Counted from the first letter of the stretch, positions 18,996-27,357 are shown. The stretch is 64,000 nucleotides of DNA from Candidatus Lustribacter sp. (GCA_965277805.1 OZ255842.1:2528001-2592000); one strand, 5' to 3'. A program made the numbers and translations. The notes: a model not told the origin generated them from the sequence alone.

Positions 18996-19697
18996 ATGGC
19001 GCTACTCGAGGTGACCGGCCTGTGCGCCGGTTACGGCAAGATCGAGATCCTGCACGGCGTCGACGTCGCGCTTGAGGCCGGCACGCTGTGCGCAATCGTC
19101 GGTGCAAACGGCGCCGGCAAGACAACGTTGCTGCTCGCGATCTCCGCGATCATCAAGAAACGCGCCGGCGCCGTGCGCTTCGACGGCGAAGACGTCACCA
19201 AGCTAGCACCGCACACGCTCGTTCACCGCGGCCTCTTGCACGTTCCGGAAGGCCGCCGCATGCTCGCACGCATGAGCGTCGAGGAAAACTTGCAAGTCGC
19301 CGCAGCGGTACGCGGCGCAGCGGGGTTCGCCTCGATCGCCGGCCTCTTCGATCGCTTCCCGATCCTGCGCACGCGCCGCAATGTCTCCGCCGGTTCGCTT
19401 TCCGGCGGCGAACAGCAAATGCTCGCGATCGCCCGCGCGCTCGCCGCCGGCCCCAAAGCACTGCTGCTCGACGAACCCTCGATGGGTCTCGCGCCCAAAC
19501 TCGTCGACGAGATCTTCCACATCATCGCAAACGAACGCGCCAACGGCACCTCGATCCTACTGGTCGAGCAAAACGCCCACCGCGCCCTCTCGATCGCCGA
19601 CCACGCCTACGTAATGGACCGCGGCCGCATCACCCTATCGGGCACAGGCCCCGACCTCCTCAACAACCGCGAAGTAACCGCCGCCTACCTCGGCTGA
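18996..19697 (+). CDS. livF: Liv-type ABC ATPase
   Basis: GANGAGKTT, VPEGRR, LSGGEQQMLAIARAL, DEPSMGLAP. Confidence 0.92.
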   Translation: MALLEVTGLCAGYGKIEILHGVDVALEAGTLCAIVGANGAGKTTLLLAISAIIKKRAGAVRFDGEDVTKLAPHTLVHRGLLHVPEGRRMLARMSVEENLQVAAAVRGAAGFASIAGLFDRFPILRTRRNVSAGSLSGGEQQMLAIARALAAGPKALLLDEPSMGLAPKLVDEIFHIIANERANGTSILLVEQNAHRALSIADHAYVMDRGRITLSGTGPDLLNNREVTAAYLG

Positions 19698-19727
19698 AAT
19701 CGCGCCAAAAAGCCGGGGCAACTCCAC

Positions 19728-21563
19728 TCACGGTTGCGCTCCGAAGCCGAGCGAGAGCTGCGGGATGGCGGCGACGCAGATGAGGGCGAGGACGATCGCG
19801 AGCAGATAGGGGACGATGCGCGCAACGGCGAGGTCGGGATCGCATTTGCCGATCGCGCACGCGGCGTAATAGCCCGCGCCGAACGGTGGTGAGAACAAGC
19901 CGACGCCCATCGCGAGCACCGCCACGATCGCGAAGTGGACTTCGGCGATGCCGGCGGCCTTGGCGATCGGGAAGAGCAGCGGGCCGAACAGCACGATCGC
20001 GGGGATGCCTTCGAGGATCGAACCCAGCACGAGAAAGAGCACGATTGCGAGCGCCATGAACCCCGCCTTGCCGCCGGGCGCATGCGTGAGGACGGCAGCG
20101 AGCTGATCCGCAAAGCCCGATTGCGTCAGCGCCCACGCCATCGCGGTTGCGGTCGCGATGATCAGCATGATCGCGCCGGTTAGGCTGACGGTCTCGCGTA
20201 ACACCGGATACAGCTGGCGCCAATCGAACTCGCGATACACGAAGATGCCGACGAGCACGGTATAGATGATGCCGATCGTGCTCACTTCCGTCGCCGTCGC
20301 GACACCGCCGAGGATCGCTGCGCGGATGACGAAGGGCAGCACGAAGCCGGGAATCGCGACGAAGAATGCCCATAGGATCACGCGCAACGCCGGACGCGGC
20401 GCAAGTTCGGTGCGATCGTCGCGCGAGCGAAACCAGACGACCACCAGCAGAAACAGTGCGGCCACCGCTGCGGGTACCAGACCGGCTGCAAACAACGCGG
20501 CAATCGAGACCCCGGTCGTCGAGCCGATGATGATCAGCACGAGGCTCGGCGGAATCGTTTCCGCCATCGCCGCGGACGACGCGAGCAGCGCTACGAGCTC
20601 GGGGCGCGGCGTGCCGCGGCGTTCCATCTCGGGGAAGAGCACTGGCGCAACCGCGGCCATATCGGCCGCCTTTGCACCGGAAATTCCGGAGACCAGATAC
20701 ATCGCGAAGACGAGCACGAAGCCAAGCCCGCCGCGCAGATGGCCCACGATGCTCGCGAGCGCGGCCACGAGACGCTTCGCGATGCCGGCGTTCCCCATCA
20801 GGAGTCCCAGCACGATGAACAGCGGAATCGCGAGCAGGATCAAGCTCGAGATGCCCTCGTCCATCCGGTCGACGACCGTGCTCAGCGGGACGCTCGTCGT
20901 CAGCCCGAGGTAGCTCAGCGTGCCGAAACCGAAGGCGAATGCGATCGGGATACCGATCGCCACGCACGCGCCCACGAGCAGGACGAAGAACAGCAGCAGG
21001 TTGACGTTACCGAGCGGCACGAGTAGCGGGCGGCCGAAGTACGCCGCGACGCAGACGACGAGCGCGACGGCCACCACGGTGATGACCTGTTTGCGCGGCG
21101 CTTCGATCAAACGCAGCACCGAGATAAGAAGAAACGCGATGAGTGCAACGACGATCGAGGCAATCACGTCCGAATGCGGGATCCCGAGCACGGGCGTGAG
21201 ATCGGTCTGTTCCTGAATCAGGAACGTGCGGCTCGCGGGGAAGAGTTCGAGCGCGAACAGCGCCACGACCACCGACGAGATCACGTCCAGCAGCGAGGCC
21301 ATCTCGGGGCTCACGCGCCGTACGATCGCCGTCAGACGGATGTGCTCGCGGCGCCGGTAGGCGGAGATCGCGCCGAGCATCGCCAGCCACAACAAGAGGA
21401 TCGTCGCGATCTCATCGGTCCAGACGATCGCGTTGTGGAGCACGTAGCGCGAGAACACGCCGGCGGCGAGGGCCACGACTTCGACGACCAGCAGTACCGC
21501 CGCCAGCGGCTCGGTGAGATAGCCGATCCATCGGTCGACGGTGTTCGTCCAGGAGGATTTCAC
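19728..21563 (-). CDS. TRAP transporter fused small and large permease (DctQ-DctM)
   Basis: N-terminal DctQ-like region (RYVL..WTDE) followed by DctM motifs (LLAIPLF, GISG, IPPS, TATE). Confidence 0.9.
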   Translation of the reverse strand: MKSSWTNTVDRWIGYLTEPLAAVLLVVEVVALAAGVFSRYVLHNAIVWTDEIATILLLWLAMLGAISAYRRREHIRLTAIVRRVSPEMASLLDVISSVVVALFALELFPASRTFLIQEQTDLTPVLGIPHSDVIASIVVALIAFLLISVLRLIEAPRKQVITVVAVALVVCVAAYFGRPLLVPLGNVNLLLFFVLLVGACVAIGIPIAFAFGFGTLSYLGLTTSVPLSTVVDRMDEGISSLILLAIPLFIVLGLLMGNAGIAKRLVAALASIVGHLRGGLGFVLVFAMYLVSGISGAKAADMAAVAPVLFPEMERRGTPRPELVALLASSAAMAETIPPSLVLIIIGSTTGVSIAALFAAGLVPAAVAALFLLVVVWFRSRDDRTELAPRPALRVILWAFFVAIPGFVLPFVIRAAILGGVATATEVSTIGIIYTVLVGIFVYREFDWRQLYPVLRETVSLTGAIMLIIATATAMAWALTQSGFADQLAAVLTHAPGGKAGFMALAIVLFLVLGSILEGIPAIVLFGPLLFPIAKAAGIAEVHFAIVAVLAMGVGLFSPPFGAGYYAACAIGKCDPDLAVARIVPYLLAIVLALICVAAIPQLSLGFGAQP

Positions 21564-21611
21564 GTTCCCGAATCGTTTACCTAAAATGAAGAACTTTCCT
21601 TACGCCGGAGG

Positions 21612-22631
21612 ATGTCCATGACCGACCGCGTTTCACGTTCGCGCTTCGTTGCAAGCGCCGCCGCATCGACGTTCGCGTCGATCGCGATCGTCCGCTCGCC
21701 CGCGCGAGCCGCGCAATTCGATTACAAGATGGCACACGGCACGCCGACCAACATGGCCGTGCACGTGCGCTCGGCCGAAATGTGGGACGCCGTGAAGCGC
21801 GAAACCAACGGCGCGATCAATGTCAAGATCTTCCCGAACAACCAACTCGGCAGCGAGCTCGCGCAACTCGCGCAGTTACGCTCCGGTGCCTTGCAGTTCA
21901 TGATCATCCAAGGCGTGTCGCTCTCGGGCGTCGTTCCCGGCGTGTCGATGGACGGGCTCGGCTTCGTTTTCCGCGACGCCGCGCAAGCCGAATCCGCGTA
22001 CGATGGCCCCCTCGGCGCGTACTTGCGCAAGCTCATCACCGATAAGGGCATCTTCGCGTTTCCGCGCGTGTTCAATTTCGGCATGCGCCAAGTCACCTCA
22101 TCATCGCATCCGATCCGCACGGCGGCAGACTTCGGCGGCTTCAAGATTCGCACGCCGCCCGCACCGATTTCGGTCGACCTCTTCAAGACGCTTGGTGCAT
22201 CGCCGACGCCGATCGTGTTCCCGGAGCTCTATCTCGCGCTGCAAACGAAAGTCGTCGACGGACAAGAGACGCCGTACAGCACGATCGACGTGTCGAACTT
22301 CGCCGAAGTGCAGAAATACCTGAGCGTCACCAACCACACGGCGACGATCTTCTGGTTTCTCGCCAACATGGAAGCGTGGAACGCAATACCGCCGCCGATG
22401 CAGGCGATCGTGTTGCGGCATGCCGAGCGCGCGGCGATTCTCGAGCGCCGCGATACCGAACAGCAGAGCACGGCCACGGCCGACAAGCTGCGCCGCGAGG
22501 GCATGACGTTCAATACCGCCGATGCCGCCTCGATGCGCGCCCCGCTCAAGCCGTTCTACACCCGCTGGAAGGGCGAGTTCGGCGCGACGGCGTGGGATTT
22601 GCTTGAAAAAACATCAGGCAAACTGGTCTAG
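21612..22631 (+). CDS. dctP: TRAP substrate-binding protein
   Basis: FPNNQLG, GFKIRTP, ELYLALQTKVVDGQETP, EVQKY; Tat-like leader. Confidence 0.9.
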   Translation: MSMTDRVSRSRFVASAAASTFASIAIVRSPARAAQFDYKMAHGTPTNMAVHVRSAEMWDAVKRETNGAINVKIFPNNQLGSELAQLAQLRSGALQFMIIQGVSLSGVVPGVSMDGLGFVFRDAAQAESAYDGPLGAYLRKLITDKGIFAFPRVFNFGMRQVTSSSHPIRTAADFGGFKIRTPPAPISVDLFKTLGASPTPIVFPELYLALQTKVVDGQETPYSTIDVSNFAEVQKYLSVTNHTATIFWFLANMEAWNAIPPPMQAIVLRHAERAAILERRDTEQQSTATADKLRREGMTFNTADAASMRAPLKPFYTRWKGEFGATAWDLLEKTSGKLV

Positions 22632-22637
22632 ATCGCT

Positions 22638-22695
22638 TGTGGAAACGGTGAATACCGGTGGATCGCCGTGCATAACGAAAAGTTCTTGTGGATAA
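22638..22695. promoter_or_regulatory. Phased DnaA-box-like array A
   Basis: Perfect TGTGGATAA at 22687-22695 plus co-oriented degenerate boxes at 22638, 22647, 22657 and 22667. Confidence 0.65.
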
Positions 22696-22719
22696 CCGCT
22701 CCTTGGCGCATTGCGCCCC

Positions 22720-22748
22720 TTGCAATCAAATTTCGCGTATGACATCAT
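22720..22748 (+). promoter_or_regulatory. sigma70-type promoter of ncRNA-1
   Basis: TTGCAA-N17-CATCAT with an extended TG; 6 nt to the first hairpin base (A22755), same geometry as the paralog. Confidence 0.55.
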
Positions 22749-22754
22749 GAACTC

Positions 22755-22938
22755 ACGACAAGCGATTGTCGTGCGACTGGCGAGACAGTCGCGGCGAGTA
22801 CGGGCCGCAGCGAGCAATCAAAGCCCCGGAAACCCAATGGCCTTCGACGCCGCACTGGGCTGAGCAATCGGCGCGGGCGTGCGCAACACCAGTAAACTCG
22901 CATGACGAAAGCCCCGTGGTTCGCGCCGCGGGGCTTTC
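22755..22938 (+). ncRNA. Putative novel structured ncRNA, copy 1 (~184 nt)
   Basis: GNRA-capped hairpins, paralogy and compensatory changes versus 23576-23767, upstream promoter, 3' terminator hairpin, no same-strand gene downstream. Confidence 0.7.
22907..22938. terminator. Bidirectional intrinsic terminator hairpin
   Basis: GAAAGCCCCGTGG-TTCGCG-CCGCGGGGCTTTC between ncRNA-1 and a convergent gene. Confidence 0.7.
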
Positions 22939-22943
22939 CGACA

Positions 22944-23453
22944 TTATAAGCCGTTCCAGTCCGTGTACGGCGCCGGCTTCTTCGCCGGCGGACCGACGTC
23001 GATCGCGACGTCGAGATGCGCCGTGAGCTGGATCTTCTGCGGGTCGCCCGCGTAGAGCTGTCCGTCGACCCACACGGTGGTGTGCTCGCCCGGCCGGAGC
23101 TTCGCGCCGGCAACATCCGTGCGCGAGAGCGGCTGCCCCCACACCGCAAAGAACTGACCCAGCGTGTACGAGCGCATCGTCGGCGACTCGACGTGGATGA
23201 TCCCATCGGGTGTGTGCGTGTGCAGCCAGTAGAAGCAGTTGCCCATGAGCGGGCGGCCGACATCTTCAGGAATACCCACCGGTTTGCCGTGATCGAAGAT
23301 CGCGAGGTGCTGATGGATGTGGAGCACGTTGCCTTCCATCTGGTCGCAGTGAATGCCGTCGACCGGTTGTCCGGTCGGCACGCTTGCCGCGCCCGGCGCG
23401 AACGTCGAAGCCGCCAGCAGCGCCGCAATGCAAATGCGAATGATTACGAGCAT
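22944..23453 (-). CDS. Secreted His-rich conserved hypothetical protein (putative metal-binding)
   Basis: ATG at 23453 after GAGAAAGGG; signal peptide; HIHQH, CFYWLHTH and GIIHVESP motifs. Confidence 0.75.
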   Translation of the reverse strand: MLVIIRICIAALLAASTFAPGAASVPTGQPVDGIHCDQMEGNVLHIHQHLAIFDHGKPVGIPEDVGRPLMGNCFYWLHTHTPDGIIHVESPTMRSYTLGQFFAVWGQPLSRTDVAGAKLRPGEHTTVWVDGQLYAGDPQKIQLTAHLDVAIDVGPPAKKPAPYTDWNGL

Positions 23454-23467
23454 ACGAGCCCTTTCTC

Positions 23468-23526
23468 GGTGGATAATATGGATGCCCAGGCGAGCGCGGT
23501 GGAAAACGCAACTTTCTTGTGGATAA
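23468..23526. promoter_or_regulatory. Phased DnaA-box-like array B
   Basis: GGTGGATAA 23468, TATGGATGC 23477, GGTGGAAAA 23498, perfect TGTGGATAA 23518-23526; shares TTCTTGTGGATAACCGC with array A. Confidence 0.65.
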
Positions 23527-23540
23527 CCGCAAGCGCCGTC

Positions 23541-23569
23541 TTGCGTTGTCGGGACGACCGACGTATGCT
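23541..23569 (+). promoter_or_regulatory. sigma70-type promoter of ncRNA-2
   Basis: TTGCGT-N17-TATGCT, 6 nt before A23576. Confidence 0.65.
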
Positions 23570-23575
23570 CCATTC

Positions 23576-23767
23576 ACGCCGGTTTACCGGCGCGCGAGCG
23601 ACGAGAAGCTCGCAGCGAATTGGTTACGACGCACGGCTCGTCCGTTCGCCGCCATCCGGTTCCTCAACGAAGTACGACGCCGTAATGGCCGAGCTGATCG
23701 GCGAGGACGTGCGCAGATCGGATTCTCGTGCTGACCGGCGCCGCGGGGCCCACGTCCCGCGGCGCCG
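23576..23767 (+). ncRNA. Putative novel structured ncRNA, copy 2 (~192 nt)
   Basis: Same architecture as 22755-22938; shared block CGACGCCGYAMTGG..TCGGCGMGGRCGTGCGCA; 13-bp 3' hairpin at 23736-23767. Confidence 0.7.
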
Positions 23768-23776
23768 TCGCGCATT

Positions 23777-24793
23777 TTAGCCTTCGTATGTTTTGGCGAG
23801 CGCGCGCGCGATGATGCGCGCGTGTTCGCGCGCGCTTTCCGGCGCGATGACTTCGCCTTCCGTCCCCCAGCTCAACGACCAGCGTACGATTTCGGCCGGA
23901 TCGGCAACGCGATACGTGATCTCGACCGAGCCGTCGTCTTGCCGCTCGACGCGCCGGTCGCGCGCGACGCTCGCCGCCGCGGCCGCCTTCGCCACGACCG
24001 GCGAGAACCGCACGGTCACGTCGGTCAGATCGGTGCTCTGCCAGACCCCGCTGACCGAATGCGCACCGTACGCTTCGAGATTGAAGTCGGCCGGCCGCTC
24101 GAAGGTCTGCGGCTGCACCGCGACCGCATCGATGTTGTCGATCGCAAACACGCGCATGTCGGTGCGCGCGTGATCGTAGGCTACGAGATAGATCCGGCCG
24201 TTCGAAACGATGAAGCCGTACGGGTCGACGCGCCGCTGCGTCTTCGCCGCGCGCTTGTCGGTATAGTCGAACTGCACGACGCGGTGGTCGCGTTCGGCCG
24301 TTTGCAGCGTCTCGAAGTTGCGCTCGGTCGCCGGCTCGAGCGCAACCGACTCCAGCCGGATGGCAAGCGACGACGACTGCATCGCGGTGGCCGAGCGCTG
24401 GTCGCTCGACTGCAGCAGCTTCGACGTCGTCTCATCGATATAGGCGGAGAGCGTGCCGCCGAGCGATGAACCCAACCGCTTGAGGGTGACGAGTCCCAGG
24501 AGCTCGCGCTGGCTTAGATTGAGCCGCCGCAGGCTATAGCCGTCGGCGAACTTGTACGTCGAGCTGGTGCGGTCGAAATACCACGGGAAGCCGGCGTCGG
24601 AGAGAACGGCGAGGTAGCGCCGCAAACTGCGCGTGCTGGGCGGCTTGTCGTCGGCGATCCGTTCCTTGAGCTCCTCGAACGAGAAGCGGCCGTCGTCGAT
24701 CGCGCTGAGAAGCCGGACGAGGAGGACGACCTTCGGCTCCGAGCGTTCTTCCCTCACGGTAGGCGTCGTTCGGGCGAGCGGGCCCGGCGCCAT
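23777..24793 (-). CDS. HTH-WYL-WCX transcriptional regulator (PafBC/DriD-like)
   Basis: STRSLRRYLAVL HTH; RRVDPYG..YLVAYD...MRVFAIDNI WYL domain; WSLSWG..EVIAP WCX domain; start uncertain (TTG at 24835 possible). Confidence 0.9.
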   Translation of the reverse strand: MAPGPLARTTPTVREERSEPKVVLLVRLLSAIDDGRFSFEELKERIADDKPPSTRSLRRYLAVLSDAGFPWYFDRTSSTYKFADGYSLRRLNLSQRELLGLVTLKRLGSSLGGTLSAYIDETTSKLLQSSDQRSATAMQSSSLAIRLESVALEPATERNFETLQTAERDHRVVQFDYTDKRAAKTQRRVDPYGFIVSNGRIYLVAYDHARTDMRVFAIDNIDAVAVQPQTFERPADFNLEAYGAHSVSGVWQSTDLTDVTVRFSPVVAKAAAAASVARDRRVERQDDGSVEITYRVADPAEIVRWSLSWGTEGEVIAPESAREHARIIARALAKTYEG

Positions 24794-24892
24794 GCCGCGC
24801 AAGGCGTTTGCTCGGATGCTCTGGGGAGGCGCCAATCCTGCGGTAAAGAACTTTTCCTTTCCGTTTTTTATCTCTTGCCGGTAAGGAGTACC

Positions 24893-26236
24893 ATGGACGA
24901 TTCGAATCGCCGCGAGTTCTTGCGCCGCAGTGGTGCCTTGGGCATCGCCGGCGCGGCCGCGCTGGGCTATCCGCTCCTAGAAACGCGGGCCGCTGGGTCG
25001 GCTCCTCTTCTTCCGCCGCGCGACGTCATCGCTGCCGGCGGCGGCGCAACGGTCAAGATCGGTCACCTCGACGGCTTCTCGGGCGTGTATGCCGCCGCGT
25101 CGCAATCGCAGCAGCTCGGCTTGGAACTCGCCGTCGCGCAAGCGATGAAAAAGAACTCGCGCATCAAGTACGAGATCATCAAGGGCGACGACGCCAACAC
25201 GCCGGCCACCGGCAGCACCGAAGCTCGCCGCTTGGTCGTGCAAGAAAAGGTCGACATCTTGGCCGGATGCTTGAGTTCGGGCGTCGGCCTCGCGGTTTCG
25301 AACACGTGCGAAGAGCTCGGCTCGTTCTTCCTCGCAATCGGCACGCACGACACGAACATCACCGGCCAGGGTGCGCATCACGTCACGTTCCGCCAGACCT
25401 GTTCGAACGCGATGCTCGCCAATGCCGTCGGCCCGGCATTGTTGAAGTTCGGCAAGAAATGGTACTTCATCACGGCCGACTACGCGTTCGGGAACGACGC
25501 GCAAGCGCGCTTGCAAAAGATCTTGCTCGCCCAGGGCGGCCAAGTCGTCGCTAACGACAAGCACGCTCTCGGCGCGATCGACTTCTCGTCGTACATGACC
25601 AAGGCGCGCAACACCGATGCCAACGTCATGGTCTTCTGCAACTACGGTCCGGACACGCAGAACGCGGTCAAGGCCGCAATCCAGCTCGGCATCAACCAGA
25701 AGATGAAATTCGGCGGCATCCTGTGCGGCAACGACGTGGCCGTCGGCCTTCCGGTCGACGATATCGTCGGATCCACATGGGGCTACGTCTGGGGGCCCGA
25801 CGCCGGCGGCGCGCGCACAACGCAGATCTACAAAGACCTGAAGACCAAAGCCAAAAATGTCGACTGGCGCATGTATCTCGGCCTGATGGCCGGCGAAACG
25901 ATGATCAATCGCATGAACGCGGCCGGGACGACCGAACCGTCGAAGATCCTGGCCGCCTACATGGGTTACAAGTACGATGCCGGCAAGAAGAGCGACGCGT
26001 ACTTCCGCGCCTGCGATCATCAAGCCGTGCAAGAAACCTATGCCGGCACGATCGTTCCGAAAGCCAAGCGCAAGAGCGATGGCGAATACTTCGTCATCAC
26101 CAACCGCGTCGGCGGAGACTACGCGGCCGAATCGTGCAGCGAGCCCGATTCAGCCGCGGCGACGAAGACCTTTGCGACCGAGACGCCCATCCCGGTCCGC
26201 CAAGGCTACACGCCGCTCAACCTCAAGTCGGCTTAG
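24893..26236 (+). CDS. Tat-exported Liv-type ABC substrate-binding protein (orphan)
   Basis: AAGGAG RBS; NRREFLR Tat motif; TADYAFG and FRACDHQAV motifs. Confidence 0.88.
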   Translation: MDDSNRREFLRRSGALGIAGAAALGYPLLETRAAGSAPLLPPRDVIAAGGGATVKIGHLDGFSGVYAAASQSQQLGLELAVAQAMKKNSRIKYEIIKGDDANTPATGSTEARRLVVQEKVDILAGCLSSGVGLAVSNTCEELGSFFLAIGTHDTNITGQGAHHVTFRQTCSNAMLANAVGPALLKFGKKWYFITADYAFGNDAQARLQKILLAQGGQVVANDKHALGAIDFSSYMTKARNTDANVMVFCNYGPDTQNAVKAAIQLGINQKMKFGGILCGNDVAVGLPVDDIVGSTWGYVWGPDAGGARTTQIYKDLKTKAKNVDWRMYLGLMAGETMINRMNAAGTTEPSKILAAYMGYKYDAGKKSDAYFRACDHQAVQETYAGTIVPKAKRKSDGEYFVITNRVGGDYAAESCSEPDSAAATKTFATETPIPVRQGYTPLNLKSA

Positions 26237-27204
26237 CAGAATCCGTTCGGGTGTTGGCCTTCGTCCTCGCGCAGCGCGGCGAGGGCCGACATCAGCGGAC
26301 GATCGTCGAAGCGGAACAGGTAGACGCGCTCGTCGCCGGTGTTCTCGTGCACGACGGTCTGCCATGCCGGAACGGCGAACGAATCGCCGCGCTTCCAATT
26401 CAGCGTGATATCGCCGACCTGCGTGCGGCCGCTGCCTTCGTAGACGTGGAATACGGCACTCGCCGTTTCGCGTTTCGGAGCGGTTTTCGCACCCTTGTCG
26501 ATGCGGTAGGCCGACGCGCCGATCGTCGCGCTGATGTCGGCGCCGTTCGCGCGCATGTGATAGCGCTCTTCAACCGCCGCGCCCGGCTTGGCGTCGAGTT
26601 TCGGCTGCATTTCAGACCACGGATATTTGCGGTTTGAAGCGACCTTGAGCAGATCCGACGGATAGCGCGTTTGCGCGTAGTGTTCCGTGAAGTTGCTCGG
26701 CAGCACTTGCCACAGCGGCAAATCGAGACCGTCGAGCCAGATCATCGGTACGTCGCCTTCGTTGCCGTGATCGTGCCATTCCCACGACGGGGTCAGCACC
26801 AAATCGCCGCGCTCCATCATGACCTTCTCGCCTTCGACCGCGGTGAAGCCGCGTTCGCCTTCGATGATGAAGCGCAGCGCGAACGGCGTGTGCCGGTGCG
26901 CGCGCGCCGTCTCGCCGGGGAGAATTGTTTGCAGGCCCGCGTAGAGCGTGTCGGTCGTGTGCGGCGCCTTTAGCTTCGGATTGATCAACATGAACACGCG
27001 GCGCTCCGCAAGTTCCGTGCCGACCAAACGCGCGGCCCGCTCGCAGAACGGACGCAGCTTGTCGTAGTCCCACACGTACGGCATGGCCTTGGCCACCGGG
27101 AACGGCGGCGATACCGTGCTCAGCAGCGGCCAGAGCGGCTCGGCGTGCTCGACCACGGCCTCATCGAAAAGCTGCTCGAGGCTATCGTGCTGGACAACGG
27201 TCAT
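26233..27204 (-). CDS. Gentisate 1,2-dioxygenase-like bicupin
   Basis: AERRV..LINP, TLYAGLQ, AHRHTPFALRF, TPSWEWHDH, WLDGLDLP. Confidence 0.85.
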   Translation of the reverse strand: MTVVQHDSLEQLFDEAVVEHAEPLWPLLSTVSPPFPVAKAMPYVWDYDKLRPFCERAARLVGTELAERRVFMLINPKLKAPHTTDTLYAGLQTILPGETARAHRHTPFALRFIIEGERGFTAVEGEKVMMERGDLVLTPSWEWHDHGNEGDVPMIWLDGLDLPLWQVLPSNFTEHYAQTRYPSDLLKVASNRKYPWSEMQPKLDAKPGAAVEERYHMRANGADISATIGASAYRIDKGAKTAPKRETASAVFHVYEGSGRTQVGDITLNWKRGDSFAVPAWQTVVHENTGDERVYLFRFDDRPLMSALAALREDEGQHPNGFC

Positions 27205-27290
27205 GGGTTGGGGCCTCCGGAGGCTGGAAAGCGGTGCTACTGCCTATGACCTTCCCTGTGCCGCGCCCGGTTTCCGGGGTGGGCCGGGCT

Positions 27291-27357
27291 GAGAACGCAT
27301 TCTTTAGGTCCGAGAACGTATTCTTTAGTTGACAGCGGCCCGGGGCTGATGTATCGT
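27291..27357 (+). promoter_or_regulatory. blaI-like promoter with tandem operators
   Basis: GAGAACGYATTCTTTAG twice (27291 and 27312) abutting TTGACA(27329)-N17-TATCGT(27352); ATG follows 6 nt later, suggesting a leaderless mRNA. Confidence 0.7.

Noticed and set aside
22755-22938. Cobalamin or other riboswitch (GCCGCACTGGG loosely resembles the B12 box)
   Set aside because: Lacks the AGGGAA and GGGAAG core elements, and no same-strand gene lies downstream
22632-23776. Chromosomal origin (oriC) suggested by the DnaA boxes
   Set aside because: No dnaA/dnaN/gyrB/parAB neighbours and no clear AT-rich unwinding element; the boxes are positioned relative to promoters. Cannot be fully excluded without genome-wide skew.
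22745-23780. ORF-track calls overlapping the ncRNA locus (22745-23428, 22753-23142, 22766-23026, 23016-23780, 23519-23734, 23584-23775)
   Set aside because: Arg/Ala-rich shadow frames with no RBS or motifs; conservation between the two copies follows base pairing, not codons
23777-24793. WYL gene as a marker of a defence island (BREX, CBASS, CRISPR)
   Set aside because: No recognisable defence, nuclease or mobile-element genes nearby
27291-27328. Direct repeat as a mini-CRISPR or LexA box
   Set aside because: Only two 17-bp copies with a 4-bp gap and no GAAC-N4-GTTC; better explained as BlaI-type operators
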